A stretch of 64,000 nt of DNA from Candidatus Aenigmatarchaeota archaeon (GTDB lineage Archaea; Aenigmatarchaeota; Aenigmatarchaeia; CG10238-14; SCSR01). Position 1 is the stretch's first letter, and every line of letters starts with the position of its first letter. The notes under the pieces were generated by a model, which saw nothing but the letters and a program-made list of their open reading frames with translations, did not search any database and had not been told where the DNA came from. Made by a program: the position numbers and the translations under genes. Shown here piece by piece: positions 54,649-64,000 of the stretch. The stretch spans positions 32,001 to 96,000 of the forward strand of contig JAVZHQ010000002.1 in the NCBI GenBank assembly GCA_038998335.1. Direction: 5' to 3'.

Positions 54649-55343
54649 ACTTTTCCTGCAAAAATTTGCTCTTTCGGAAAAACTACCAAACCATTCTTTG
54701 TTATTTGAATAGGATGTACTCCAGAATCATGATCTGTAGCTCTCATTTTTCTTACGCACAAGCCTCTAGTGTAAAACCCTGCCTCTTTTATGTAGTAAAG
54801 AATTATTATTCCATCAGCAACAAATTCTTCCACTCCTAAACCAGAAATTTTCCCTGAACCTTCCTCTATTTCTGAGACAAGAATTGTTGTACATCCCAAA
54901 CGCTTAACAAGCCTTGTTAAATCTAAAATGCTTTTTCTTACTTGCAAGGCTTTTTCAAAGTACAAGCCTAGAATTGTTGACGGATCTATAACAAGTCTTT
55001 TTGCTTTTAATTTTGTTACTTCAGTTTCTATCAAATCTCTTAACTTTTCAAAACTGTACATTTCTGCAGAAACGAAAGAAACCATTTTTTTCTCTATAAG
55101 TTCTTTAAAATTCCAGTTAAATTCTTCAACAGCATAGCTAATAAGCCTTTCAGGCTCTTCCTCAAGAGAAATATAAACTCCAGGCTCGTTATAAACATAA
55201 GCTCCATTATAGATAAATTGTAAGCAAAATATTGTTTTCCCAGCACCAGCAACACCAGAAAGAAGTATGGTAGAAGACTGGGGAAAACCTCCACCTATCA
55301 AATCATCCAAACCAGGAATTCCTGTCTTTATTCTTTCTACCAT
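54645..55343 (-). CDS. KaiC/RAD55-like RecA-superfamily ATPase
   Basis: RIKTGIPGLD, GVAGAGKT, SLEE, VEEFVADGII, KMRAT. Confidence 0.9.
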   Translation of the reverse strand: MVERIKTGIPGLDDLIGGGFPQSSTILLSGVAGAGKTIFCLQFIYNGAYVYNEPGVYISLEEEPERLISYAVEEFNWNFKELIEKKMVSFVSAEMYSFEKLRDLIETEVTKLKAKRLVIDPSTILGLYFEKALQVRKSILDLTRLVKRLGCTTILVSEIEEGSGKISGLGVEEFVADGIIILYYIKEAGFYTRGLCVRKMRATDHDSGVHPIQITKNGLVVFPKEQIFAGKV

Positions 55344-55397
55344 AATAAAGAGTTGAATTTCTATTAAATTAAATTTTAAATTACATAAACTTGATTT

Positions 55398-56000
55398 ATG
55401 AGAGAATTCATTTTAAGAGCTTCAAAAGCTGTAACTAGACCAGATTTTAATCTAAATGATTTACCGGGCTCAGCAGGAAGAATGGATTTAGTTTGTAGAT
55501 GCATTTCTAGTGCTTTGTGGATATCTAACGATTTAAGAAGAGATACAAGAATTTCTGTGATTCTTGAAGGACCTCCAGCTCCACCAAAAATGTTAGTTTT
55601 TGAAGGAAGCTCTTTAAAGGGAGTTAACCCTGACGAAAGAAACATAGCCTCACATATAAGAAAAGCTTTAAAGCTAGGTGCTAACTTGAAACTTAACGAA
55701 GAATTAGAAATTTCGCCTGGGATAAAAGTTGCAAAGAAAAGTTTTGAAAGTTTGATAAGAGAAAAAATAGGAAAGATGCAAGTTCTATACTTACATCCAA
55801 AAGGAAAAGATATAAGGGAAATGGAAATAGAAGAAAACGTAGCTTTCATTTTAGGCGACCATATAGGAATTGCTAGAAAAACTGAAAAACTAATGGAAAG
55901 ACTTAACGTAGAAAAAGTTTCTTTAGGGAAAACGATTTATTTGGCAAGCCATGCTATAGTTATAGTAAATTATGAGTTAGACAAAAGATGGTTAAAATGA
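55398..56000 (+). CDS. trmY: tRNA (pseudouridine(54)-N1)-methyltransferase TrmY
   Basis: LNDLPGSAGRMDLVCRC, PDERN, FILGDHIG, VSLG (SPOUT). Confidence 0.93.
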   Translation: MREFILRASKAVTRPDFNLNDLPGSAGRMDLVCRCISSALWISNDLRRDTRISVILEGPPAPPKMLVFEGSSLKGVNPDERNIASHIRKALKLGANLKLNEELEISPGIKVAKKSFESLIREKIGKMQVLYLHPKGKDIREMEIEENVAFILGDHIGIARKTEKLMERLNVEKVSLGKTIYLASHAIVIVNYELDKRWLK

Positions 56001-57277
56001 AGATAGAAGAAACTGCCTCAAAAATTTTGAAGAATTGGGTTTTATGCGACCATTGTCTAGGCAGACTATTTGCACAAATTTTAACTGGTCTTTCAAACGA
56101 GGAAAGAGGGAGAGTTATTAGATTGTTTATGGCTTTCTTGCTAGATTCAGGAGAAAAAATTGATTTAAACCCATCGAACTTTTATGGTATAAAATTCAGG
56201 AACATAAAGTTAGAAACAAAACCAGAAAAATGCTTTATTTGTAAAAATATTTTTGAAAAGAAAGAAGAGCTAGCTAAAAAAATAAACGAGAAATTAAAAG
56301 GAATAGAGTTTGAAACGTTTGTTATAGGATCGAAAATTCCTGCAGAAATTGAAAAAGCAGAAGAAAAAGTTTGGGAGGAAACAGGAATAGAGTTTGTTGA
56401 ATCTATTAAATCAGAAATCAACAGAGAAATCGGTAAAGAAGTAGAAAAAATAACAAAAAAAAGGTTTGAGCCAAGAAATCCAGATGTTACTATTCTTGTT
56501 GATGCAGAAAAAGGAAAAGTTAAAGTTGAAATAAGAAGTTTATACATTTTTGGAGGTTATAAAAAGCTTGTTAGAAATATTCCTCAATCTAAATGGATTT
56601 GTAGTAGATGTAAAGGAAAAGGTTGCAGCTATTGCAAAGGAAAAGGAAAGTTATATCCAACTTCTGTTCAAGAGATAATAGAAAAACCTTTGCTTAAAAC
56701 TACTAATGGAAAAAGAAGTTTTATGCATGCAACAGGTAGAGAAGACATTGACGCAAGATGCCTAGACTACAGGCCTTTTATAATAGAGATTGAAAACCCA
56801 ATAAAAAGGAAAATTGACTTAAAAAAAGTTGAAAAAGAAATTAACCAGTCAAAAAAAGTTAAGGTTAAAGGTTTAAGAATAACTGAAAAAGAATTTGTAA
56901 AAATTTTAAAGGCTGCAAGATTAGATAAAACTTACTTAGCTGAAGTTGAGTTTGAAAAAGCTATAGACAAAAACAAGTTGAAAGATTTAAAAGTCTTGAA
57001 AGAGCAACATATACTTCAAAAAACTCCTCTAAGAGTGTTGCACAGAAGAGCCGACAAGTTTAGGAAAAGAAAGGTGAAAAGTATCTCTTACAAGCTTTTG
57101 GGGAGGAAAAAGCTTCTTTTAAGAATTAAAGCTGAAGCTGGGCTCTATATAAAAGAATTGATAACTGGAGATGAAGGAAGAACTAAGCCAAGCGTACAGG
57201 AAATTTTAGGAAATAAAGTTAAAAAGATAAATTTAGATGTTATAAAAATACATGTAAAAAAACTAAAAGTTTGGTGA
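55988..57277 (+). CDS. pus10: tRNA pseudouridine(54/55) synthase Pus10
   Basis: LCDHCLGR, GREDIDAR, QKTPLRVLHRRAD, GLYIKELITGDEGRTKPS. Confidence 0.95.
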   Translation: MVKMKIEETASKILKNWVLCDHCLGRLFAQILTGLSNEERGRVIRLFMAFLLDSGEKIDLNPSNFYGIKFRNIKLETKPEKCFICKNIFEKKEELAKKINEKLKGIEFETFVIGSKIPAEIEKAEEKVWEETGIEFVESIKSEINREIGKEVEKITKKRFEPRNPDVTILVDAEKGKVKVEIRSLYIFGGYKKLVRNIPQSKWICSRCKGKGCSYCKGKGKLYPTSVQEIIEKPLLKTTNGKRSFMHATGREDIDARCLDYRPFIIEIENPIKRKIDLKKVEKEINQSKKVKVKGLRITEKEFVKILKAARLDKTYLAEVEFEKAIDKNKLKDLKVLKEQHILQKTPLRVLHRRADKFRKRKVKSISYKLLGRKKLLLRIKAEAGLYIKELITGDEGRTKPSVQEILGNKVKKINLDVIKIHVKKLKVW

Positions 57278-57281
57278 AGCT

Positions 57282-57566
57282 ATGGTCAAGAAATCAAGAG
57301 GAATAAGGGCAAAAACAAGAGAAAAATTGAGACAAAAACCAGGCTATAGGCCAGCGATAACAAAATTTTTGCAGGAATTTAAGGAAGGGCAAAAAGTTGC
57401 TATACTGCAAGAACCTTCTTCTCATTCAGGAATGCCGCACCCAAGGTTTAAAGGAAGGATAGGAAAAGTTATAGGGAAAAGAGGAAAAAGTTATATTGTT
57501 GAAATCACAGATGGAAATAAGGTTAAAAAGATAATATCAAGACCTGAACACTTAAAGGCGATATAA
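57282..57566 (+). CDS. rpl21e: 50S ribosomal protein L21e
   Basis: SRGIRAKTR, GMPHPRFKGRIG, RPEHLK. Confidence 0.95.
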   Translation: MVKKSRGIRAKTREKLRQKPGYRPAITKFLQEFKEGQKVAILQEPSSHSGMPHPRFKGRIGKVIGKRGKSYIVEITDGNKVKKIISRPEHLKAI

Positions 57567-57893
57567 ATGAAAATAATAGCAGAAGAAACAATAACTAATA
57601 GCGAAGCAAAAGAAATACTCGAAAATAGAGCGAAAGAAATCGAGCTTAAGTATGAACAAAAGAATGCTCTAGAAATTTTAAGGAAATTTGTCAAGCTTGA
57701 TTCTGAAAAGGCAAAAAAGCTTGCTGAAGAACTTAAAAAAATTGAAAAATTAAGAGAAAAACAAATAGTTGAAATAATCAACTTTTTACCGGAAGATAAA
57801 GATGAACTTAGAGTTGTACTTCATAAAGAATACAACAGCTTTACACCCGAAGAAATCGACATGATTTTAGAAACAGTTAAAAAATATATCTAA
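57567..57893 (+). CDS. rpo4: RNA polymerase subunit Rpo4 (RpoF)
   Basis: ELKYEQKNALE...IINFLPEDKDELR; conserved position after L21e. Confidence 0.9.
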   Translation: MKIIAEETITNSEAKEILENRAKEIELKYEQKNALEILRKFVKLDSEKAKKLAEELKKIEKLREKQIVEIINFLPEDKDELRVVLHKEYNSFTPEEIDMILETVKKYI

Positions 57894-57912
57894 ATCCTTT
57901 CTGGTGGTTTAA

Positions 57913-58461
57913 ATGATGAAAGATGAATACGCAATAGTTTTAGATTTTCTTCCTCATGGTAAGCCTGGAGATAGAAAAGCTGAACCTGTAGCTCAAGCTA
58001 TAGGAGAAAAATTCTTCAACCTTTTAGAGTTAGCTATAAGAGAAAGCACAGAAGTTAAACCAAAGGAAAGAGTTTATATCGGCGAGGATAAAAGGGATAA
58101 GGTAAAGTATATAAGAGGGAGAATAAGCTATAACGAGCTTACAAATTTTGCAAAAAGCGAACTAGAGGAAGTTTTGCTAGAACAAATAACAAAAGATGAA
58201 AAAAGATTTGTTAATGTTTTCAACAAAGCTGGACCTATATCGACAAGAATGCACGCCTTAGAATTACTTCCTGGAATAGGTAAAAAGCATCTTTGGGACA
58301 TAATAAACGAAAGAAAGAAAAAGCCATTTGAAAGTTTTAAAGAATTGCAAGAAAGAATAGAAATGCTTCCTGACCCAAAGAAAATGGTCTTAAAAAGAAT
58401 TTTAAATGAATTAGAAGGAAAGGATAGGCACAGGCTTTTTGTTGGTTTTTCATTTACTTAA
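57913..58461 (+). CDS. DUF655 predicted RNA-binding protein
   Basis: VLDFLPHG, AQAIGEKFFNLLE, RMHALELLPGIGKK. Confidence 0.92.
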   Translation: MMKDEYAIVLDFLPHGKPGDRKAEPVAQAIGEKFFNLLELAIRESTEVKPKERVYIGEDKRDKVKYIRGRISYNELTNFAKSELEEVLLEQITKDEKRFVNVFNKAGPISTRMHALELLPGIGKKHLWDIINERKKKPFESFKELQERIEMLPDPKKMVLKRILNELEGKDRHRLFVGFSFT

Positions 58462-58676
58462 CTTTCTTCTCCTATTTCTTTCACTGCTACTGCAACAGAA
58501 ATCCAAAGTAATCCGCCAACTAAAAAGAGGACAAAAGCAATTAGCAAAGCCAAAGAAAAGCTTAAGTCACTAACTCCCAAACCTTTTTCCAAATGCCCAG
58601 CAATCATAGAAGCAAAAAGTATGCAGGCAGTACCTAAAACCCAAAAAGTTACTATTTTCCAATTCTTCTTTACCAT
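58458..58676 (-). CDS. Small 2-TM membrane protein
   Basis: 72 aa with two hydrophobic helices. Confidence 0.6.
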   Translation of the reverse strand: MVKKNWKIVTFWVLGTACILFASMIAGHLEKGLGVSDLSFSLALLIAFVLFLVGGLLWISVAVAVKEIGEES

Positions 58677-58707
58677 TTTCTCTAAAATTAGATAAGTTTT
58701 TTAAAGC

Positions 58708-58965
58708 TTATAAACTTCTTGTTATTCCTGTAACTTCAACTTCCCCTACTTCTTCAATTTCTTTCAGTTTTTTCTCTAGATTTTCTACCTCTCCTCCTGC
58801 GTCTGGAACTATTTTAACAACATGAATAGCAACTAAACCAAAAGCAATAGGCTCGCGGGAAATTTTTTCTGGTTTTATCGCATTCTCTATTTTTTCTTCT
58901 AACTTATCTAAGTCAACTTCAACAGTTTTTGGAAGAACCTTTAATCCAACTATTACTTCCCCCAT
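58708..58965 (-). CDS. ef1b: Elongation factor 1-beta
   Basis: MGEVIVGLKVLP, EPIAFGLVA. Start placed at ATG 58965. Confidence 0.93.
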   Translation of the reverse strand: MGEVIVGLKVLPKTVEVDLDKLEEKIENAIKPEKISREPIAFGLVAIHVVKIVPDAGGEVENLEKKLKEIEEVGEVEVTGITRSL

Positions 58966-58967
58966 CT

Positions 58968-59129
58968 TTACGGCCCCGTAAACCCACATTTTGGGCAAGT
59001 ATACTTATTGCTTAAAGCTTTACAAGTTGAGCATCTAACTATTAAAGCTTCCCCGCAACTTGGACATTCAAACTTAACGAAATTTTCTTTTGCTAAGATG
59101 TTAACCTTACAAGTTAAGCATTTAAACAT
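58968..59129 (-). CDS. Small zinc-finger protein (DUF1610/HVO_2753-like)
   Basis: Not in the ORF track. MFKCLTCKVNILAKENFVKFECPSCGEALIVRCSTCKALSNKYTCPKCGFTGP; four CxxC motifs, typical position upstream of aEF-1beta. Confidence 0.9.
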   Translation of the reverse strand: MFKCLTCKVNILAKENFVKFECPSCGEALIVRCSTCKALSNKYTCPKCGFTGP

Positions 59130-59168
59130 TATTTAAGCTTAGTATTAATAATTTTTATAGGTTACGCT

Positions 59169-59253
59169 GCCCCTGTAGTCTAGCCTGGACAGGATAGAAG
59201 CTTGCGGTAAGAGTGAAAAGCTTCTGGCCCGGGTTCGAATCCCGGCAGGGGCA
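59169..59253 (+). tRNA. tRNA-Arg(GCG) with 11-nt canonical intron at 37/38 (59208..59218)
   Basis: GCCCCTG/CAGGGGC, A20, GAAGC-TT-GCG-G^A-GCTTC, CCGGG-TTCGAAT-CCCGG; central helix TTGC/GTGA. Confidence 0.9.
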
Positions 59254-59294
59254 TTAAAAATTTAAAATACCAGTATTAAAAATTGTTAGAGAAA

Positions 59295-59477
59295 ATGCCA
59301 AATTTAATTCTTATAATCATCTTACTAATCCTAATTTTTCTTCTTTTCCTAAACTTAGACTGTATAATGGAGGGAATAAGCAGAGAAAATAAGGCTTTTT
59401 GCTTTCATCAAGACTTTGGCTTAAGTAGAGTTGGTTTAAGAATTTCTTCAAGCCAAGGCTGTACTTGCTACCCTTAA
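59295..59477 (+). CDS. Small membrane-anchored protein
   Basis: TM helix and C-terminal CTC; short, so uncertain. Confidence 0.4.
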   Translation: MPNLILIIILLILIFLLFLNLDCIMEGISRENKAFCFHQDFGLSRVGLRISSSQGCTCYP

Positions 59478-60383
59478 TCATTTCAAAATGATTTTCATAA
59501 AATCATGAGCAACTTTCGTGTTCTCAAAAATCTTTTTCGCATTTTCTTCTAAATCTTTTACATCAGTATACCTTCTACTTATGTGAGTTAAAATTAATTG
59601 CTTAACGTTAGCTTTTTTTGCTATTCTTGCTGCTTGCTTAACGTCAGCATGAGCTTTTCCACTTTCTTCTTCAAGAAAAGTTCCGTCATGAATTAGCAAA
59701 TCAGCGTCTTCAGAAATTTTTACAATATTGTCGCAAGGTTTGGTATCACCTGTATAAACAACCTTTAAACCTTTTTTCAAGTTAGCAACTTCTTCAATTC
59801 TAATTTCCTTTCCCTTATACTCAGCTTTCCCATATTTTTTTAGTTTCTTAAGCCAATAACCCCTTTTCAACCCAAGCTCTTTAATTTTTTTCGAATCAAT
59901 ACTCCATCTATCCTTTTCCTTAAAAGCATAAGCTACAGAAGGAATAGAATGAAAAGCTGGAATAGAAAAAATTTGGTAATCTTCTGTTTCATCTATTAAA
60001 GTGACTTTATCGCCATGAAAAGGAACGTTTACAGCAACAACAGGAAACCTGCAACCAAAATAGCCTAAGCTTAAAATGTTTGTCACAAACTTTTCAGCTT
60101 CTGGAGCAAAAATTTTTAACTCTTTTTTTCTTTTTTCCAAGCTCATGGTTTGAAGTAAAGGAATTAAACCAGCAAAATGGTCTGCATGCCAATGGGTTAT
60201 GAAAATCTTGTCTATTTTCATAAAGCTAATTCCAGCAAGCATTAATTGCTTTTGAGTTCCTTCTCCACAATCAAAGAGCAAAGTTTCTTTTTTCTCGCTA
60301 TAGTATTCTAAAGCTATTGCTGGATGACTCCTTTCTTTGCTCGGTATACCAGAAACTGTGCCCAAAAAAGTTATTACTATCAC
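59478..60383 (-). CDS. rnz: Ribonuclease Z
   Basis: FLGT, FDCGEGTQ, THWHADH, exosite insert, YTGDT, LTHISRRY. Confidence 0.95.
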   Translation of the reverse strand: MIVITFLGTVSGIPSKERSHPAIALEYYSEKKETLLFDCGEGTQKQLMLAGISFMKIDKIFITHWHADHFAGLIPLLQTMSLEKRKKELKIFAPEAEKFVTNILSLGYFGCRFPVVAVNVPFHGDKVTLIDETEDYQIFSIPAFHSIPSVAYAFKEKDRWSIDSKKIKELGLKRGYWLKKLKKYGKAEYKGKEIRIEEVANLKKGLKVVYTGDTKPCDNIVKISEDADLLIHDGTFLEEESGKAHADVKQAARIAKKANVKQLILTHISRRYTDVKDLEENAKKIFENTKVAHDFMKIILK

Positions 60384-60405
60384 AATCCTAATTATAGGAA
60401 AATCT

Positions 60406-61836
60406 TTATATTAGGCTTTCCTTTTCAAAGTATTTTCTCAAGAATATACCAAAATTTTCATCTTTTTTAACTAATTCCATTATTTTTTCATTCTCGTAAA
60501 TTAGCTCAAAACCTTTTGCTAGCTGCTCTGCAATATGGTTTGGTATGCCTTTGGCTTTTAATACTTCCAGGCTTTTACTCAAGCTGTCAAGAATTTTCTC
60601 TCTTGCTGTCAAGAATTTTCTTCTAACTTCAACGCACCAAAAATTGTTTTCTATAAAAGGTCCGGTAATTGCTTGACCCTTATACTTTTCTAGAAATCTT
60701 TCAGAATCGTCTAAATCAAAAATTTTCGGCCCAACTCTTTTTTGAACTAAAGGCAGTTTAGAAATTTCCATCTCAAGCAAAACTATAGCTAAATCTTTCT
60801 CGTTAGTGTAAACATCTTTTCTTAAAACTTTAAACTCATACTTTACTTCTTCCAAAATGCTTTGAAGCCTGTCGGCAAACTTTCTTAGCTGAGGCCAAAG
60901 AATATCTGGAACAACTTTTGGCGGCAAAAACTTAACAAGTATTAGCTCAGTCCTTCTTTTCATCTGATAAACTATTAGCTCGTTTTCTGTTATTGGTTCA
61001 AGCTTCCTTTTAAAGAAAAGCTCCTCTCTTGGGTTTTCCAAAAATTCTTTTGCAAGTTTTTTAAACTTGAAGAAGTTCGTGGAAGATAAAGCAGCACAAG
61101 TATTCCTGTTTTTATCTGTTGGGTCAATAAGAATCAAGGCTTGATTTTTAAACATTTTTATAAGTTTTGGGTAATCTTTCTGCGAATAATAATTTTTAAC
61201 CTGAATTATTTCTCCCGGCTTCCAGTTAACAGCTTTTTTCATAAGGTTGAGAAAACTTTTATACTTTATTATAAGCAACTCGCAAACATAACCAGAAAAA
61301 CCTTCTGTTTTAGCGTCAGCCCCATAAATTTCGTTCGCTTCACAAAACTTCTTTAAAAGCCTTACTTCTTTTGCCATGTTTTTGGTTAAATTTTTTTCTA
61401 TAAACCTAACATGAAAAGGAGTTCTGTCAACTGCAGACTTAATTTTTTCAGGACTTTCTACCTCATAGCAAGGAACTATGTCAACGCTTATTCCTTTGAT
61501 TTTCCCAGAAACATAAGGATGTTGAGCATATTCTATGTTGTATTCACCTTTCATTCTTTCTATAACTTTCTTTCCAATTTCTAAGCCAAACCTTTCAAGC
61601 TCTTTTTCCTTCAAGCTAGGAGAAAAAAGAACAAAAATGTCAAATTCCATCTTTTCTGGAAGCCAAGTATCTCTTGTTATGCTTCCGGCAAGCATAGCTT
61701 TTGCATTGTACTTTTTTGCTTCATCATTCGCAACCTTGAGAACATGCCTAGCTAAAGATTTCAGTTTTCTTTCTTCCTCTTTTTTTGGCTTTATTTTTTC
61801 AAGTACTTCTTTCAGTACTTTAGTATACTTATCCAT
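60406..61836 (-). CDS. cca: CCA-adding tRNA nucleotidyltransferase (class I)
   Basis: GSITRDTWL, FDIFVLF, YAQHPYV, SAVDRTPFH, GFSGYVCELL. Confidence 0.95.
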   Translation of the reverse strand: MDKYTKVLKEVLEKIKPKKEEERKLKSLARHVLKVANDEAKKYNAKAMLAGSITRDTWLPEKMEFDIFVLFSPSLKEKELERFGLEIGKKVIERMKGEYNIEYAQHPYVSGKIKGISVDIVPCYEVESPEKIKSAVDRTPFHVRFIEKNLTKNMAKEVRLLKKFCEANEIYGADAKTEGFSGYVCELLIIKYKSFLNLMKKAVNWKPGEIIQVKNYYSQKDYPKLIKMFKNQALILIDPTDKNRNTCAALSSTNFFKFKKLAKEFLENPREELFFKRKLEPITENELIVYQMKRRTELILVKFLPPKVVPDILWPQLRKFADRLQSILEEVKYEFKVLRKDVYTNEKDLAIVLLEMEISKLPLVQKRVGPKIFDLDDSERFLEKYKGQAITGPFIENNFWCVEVRRKFLTAREKILDSLSKSLEVLKAKGIPNHIAEQLAKGFELIYENEKIMELVKKDENFGIFLRKYFEKESLI

Positions 61837-61840
61837 TCTT

Positions 61841-62836
61841 TCACTTTATTTCAAACTCTTTCTCCACGCATCTTACTTTTCCTACTACTTCGCATCCTCC
61901 GTATTGAAGGCTTCCTTTGTAGGAAGTGTAATAGCAAAACATTGCTTTATACTTTCCTGGTTCTGCCAATTTTTCTTCCATACAATTTTTCGAGAAGGTT
62001 CTGTTTCCAGAAGTGCAATTTATAGTTTTAGGCTCATAAACTTTTTGGTTCCAACTGTAAGTAAAAATGCTAAGAGGTTTAATTTCTGTGCACAATTTTG
62101 CTTTTGCTGGACAAATCGGACAAGCTAAGCAATCGCAAGGGCATGGACAATAAGGATTAATTTCTTGCTCTATCCATTCACCATTTTTATAGAAATACAG
62201 AAAACGCTCGTCCCAGTCATAAAAGTCTAGATAGATTGAGGAATTAAGGTTGTTTATTATCTTAAACTCTATTTCTTCTCCTTGCTTGTAATAATCCTTG
62301 AGAATAAAGTTTATCCCAGGCTCAAGACCACAAATATCCTCTATTTCTATTCTCTTGTTTTCAACTTCTATATAGCTACAAGAAAACTCACCTTTCTGTC
62401 CAACTAGACCAAAAAGATAATAAACCTTGCAGTTGGGTAGAGAAATGCTACAGCCTTCAGGTTCTTTTTTCCAGACTTTTGAAGCTTGGAATAATTCTAC
62501 TGTTGTGTTAGGTTTAATGTTTTCTATACCCTCGCAACTTTTCTTTAGGAAATTGAACAAAGACTCGTCTATAAATAATGATTTTTTGTTTACTTCTTCA
62601 AAAACTGTTCCACATTTTTCTACTTTTTTGTTCAAAATCTCTAACGCTTCCTCGCTTGTTATTTCAATAGAAACAGGTTTTTGCAGGTAGTATAAGACTA
62701 GTATTACTGCAACTAAAAGAATTATCGGTATCAATAAACTTTTTACACTTATTTTTTTCTTAACTTTTTCTTTTTTCTCTCCTACTTTCTTTTCTTCCTT
62801 TTTCTCTTCCTCTTTTTTTCTTTCTTTTTTTGCCAT
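61841..62836 (-). CDS. Membrane-anchored protein with Cys cluster and Ig-like C-terminal domain
   Basis: Charged N-terminal tail, TM, CPCPCDCLACPICP, PGKYKAMFCY. Confidence 0.6.
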   Translation of the reverse strand: MAKKERKKEEEKKEEKKVGEKKEKVKKKISVKSLLIPIILLVAVILVLYYLQKPVSIEITSEEALEILNKKVEKCGTVFEEVNKKSLFIDESLFNFLKKSCEGIENIKPNTTVELFQASKVWKKEPEGCSISLPNCKVYYLFGLVGQKGEFSCSYIEVENKRIEIEDICGLEPGINFILKDYYKQGEEIEFKIINNLNSSIYLDFYDWDERFLYFYKNGEWIEQEINPYCPCPCDCLACPICPAKAKLCTEIKPLSIFTYSWNQKVYEPKTINCTSGNRTFSKNCMEEKLAEPGKYKAMFCYYTSYKGSLQYGGCEVVGKVRCVEKEFEIK

Positions 62837-62870
62837 AATTATTTTTTGTTGTTTTATAGTTTTAAATCTA

Positions 62871-63494
62871 CTAGAAAAAGAAAAGAAAAAGCAACAAAAG
62901 AACAGCTAAAGAAAATAGAAAGATTAAAGGAGAAAGTTCTGTATAGGGTAAATAAACTAGGCCGGTAGTTGAGCTTGAGAAAAAGAAGATTAATGAAAAG
63001 AAAATTAACAAAGGAATAAACTTAATTAACTCCCTTTTTTGAAGATCTTGCTGAGTTTTTTCTTTTTTTACGAGTAAATAATCTATACTACTTTTAAGCA
63101 TTTGGTAAACTTTTTCACCAAAACCAATCTTCAGCAAAATTTCTTCAGGAAGAAGCAAACCTTTTTTAACATAAGTAATAAACCTTGAATAATTTCCAGT
63201 TCTGCGGAAATCTTGTAAAATACTTTCAGCTTCTTTCTTTAAACTTATTTCCATTCTTCTCCTTAACTCAGAATAATCTTTCTTACTATACTCCATAAGT
63301 TCAACAGAAGTTTTTGGTAAGTATTCGAGAATCAAAACATTTTCATAACTTTTAAAAACAACCCTTTTTCTCTTTTCCAAAGGCAATTTCTCCCAATAAA
63401 GTTCTGCAATTTTAGCTAAACCTTTAGTAATTTCAAAAGTAAAGCTTAAATTTTCGTCGTATAAACGATTGTAAAGATTAGAAAAAATCTCCAT
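62871..63494 (-). CDS. Hypothetical protein with two C-terminal TM helices
   Basis: Helical soluble N-terminus, then a TM-SSTTG-TM end. Confidence 0.55.
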   Translation of the reverse strand: MEIFSNLYNRLYDENLSFTFEITKGLAKIAELYWEKLPLEKRKRVVFKSYENVLILEYLPKTSVELMEYSKKDYSELRRRMEISLKKEAESILQDFRRTGNYSRFITYVKKGLLLPEEILLKIGFGEKVYQMLKSSIDYLLVKKEKTQQDLQKRELIKFIPLLIFFSLIFFFSSSTTGLVYLPYTELSPLIFLFSLAVLLLLFLFFF

Positions 63495-63525
63495 TATTTA
63501 ATTTTTCTCTTTGAACAGCTTAACT

Positions 63526-63762
63526 CTAACCCTTCGCTAAATGCTTTTCCATCTCTGTTATAACTTCTTCGTAAAATGGCTTTTCATATTTTTGAGAATT
63601 GCTTTTCAAGTAATTGTAAAGAGCTAATGCTTTCTCTTTCGTTAAAGTTTTAAACTCGTTTATTGCTTCTCTTATGCTACTTAACCTTAAAATACTATAA
63701 GGGCATGGAGAGCTACAAGGTTTAAGTAGTAAGTCAAAAGTTTCAGCTAAAGCGTCTGCCAT
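63526..63762 (-). CDS. Hypothetical protein
   Basis: 78 aa ORF co-oriented with its neighbours. Confidence 0.5.
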   Translation of the reverse strand: MADALAETFDLLLKPCSSPCPYSILRLSSIREAINEFKTLTKEKALALYNYLKSNSQKYEKPFYEEVITEMEKHLAKG

Positions 63763-63784
63763 AGTTTATAAAATAAAGTTAAAA

Positions 63785-64000
63785 CTATAAAAGTTTTGAG
63801 ACATAAGCTCCTTCTTTTTTATAACCAAGCTTATAGTAATATTTTTTAACACCAGCTCCGCTTATTACCACAATTTTTTTCTTATCAAATTCTTCCTTAG
63901 CAATTCTTTCAGCCTCTTCTAAAAGTCTTCTCCCAAAACCTTTATGTTGAAAAGCCTCTTTCTTAAATTCACCTACAGGAACCAAAGGGCCATAAACATG
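63785..64000 (-). CDS. elp3: Elp3-like tRNA uridine(34) acetyltransferase, C-terminal part (5' end outside the window)
   Basis: HVYGP...FQHKGFGRRLLEEAERIA...ISGAGVKKYYYKLGY matches the Elp3 GNAT C-terminus. Confidence 0.9.
   Translation of the reverse strand, partial: HVYGPLVPVGEFKKEAFQHKGFGRRLLEEAERIAKEEFDKKKIVVISGAGVKKYYYKLGYKKEGAYVSKLL

Noticed and set aside
54645-55343. KaiC-like ATPase as FlaH or a circadian component
   Set aside because: It is single-domain, not linked to the pilus operon and has no kaiB; such ATPases are common in archaea.
1-64000. CRISPR array, IS element, rRNA, SRP or RNase P RNA, inteins
   Set aside because: No regularly spaced repeats, transposase motifs or GC-rich structured stretches other than the five tRNAs; core proteins have normal lengths.

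Overview
AT-rich, gene-dense archaeal chromosome segment. The reduced DPANN-type gene content and K/E-rich proteins suggest, by inference only, an Aenigmarchaeota-like, possibly thermophilic organism. Housekeeping genes: aIF5B, ProRS, class I LysRS, proteasome beta plus aCPSF1/FttA, HerA/Mre11/Rad50 (no NurA in the window), thermosome, Orc1/Cdc6, prefoldin-FtsY-SRP54-presenilin, TrmY-Pus10-L21e-Rpo4-DUF655, aEF-1beta, RNase Z, CCA enzyme and partial Elp3. These are interleaved with a type IV pilus operon and a surface-protein island. I found no CRISPR array, transposase, integrase or reverse transcriptase. The most unusual signal is in the five tRNA genes, four of which carry six introns in total. 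(1) The initiator tRNA-Met has three introns; its second intron is a perfect 10-nt antisense match to the tRNA's own D-arm, suggesting intron-guided ordered splicing. (2) A rare tRNA-Ile(UAU) has an intron that can fold into a hairpin over its 3' splice site and lies divergent from a COG1395-type regulator. (3) tRNA-Arg(CCU) has an intron at 33/34 that hides its anticodon. Second tier: paralogous adhesins with a near-identical N-terminal block and different tips, a shared MSDL-TM C-terminal motif, and a JAB/PIN/wHTH cluster next to tRNA-Val.
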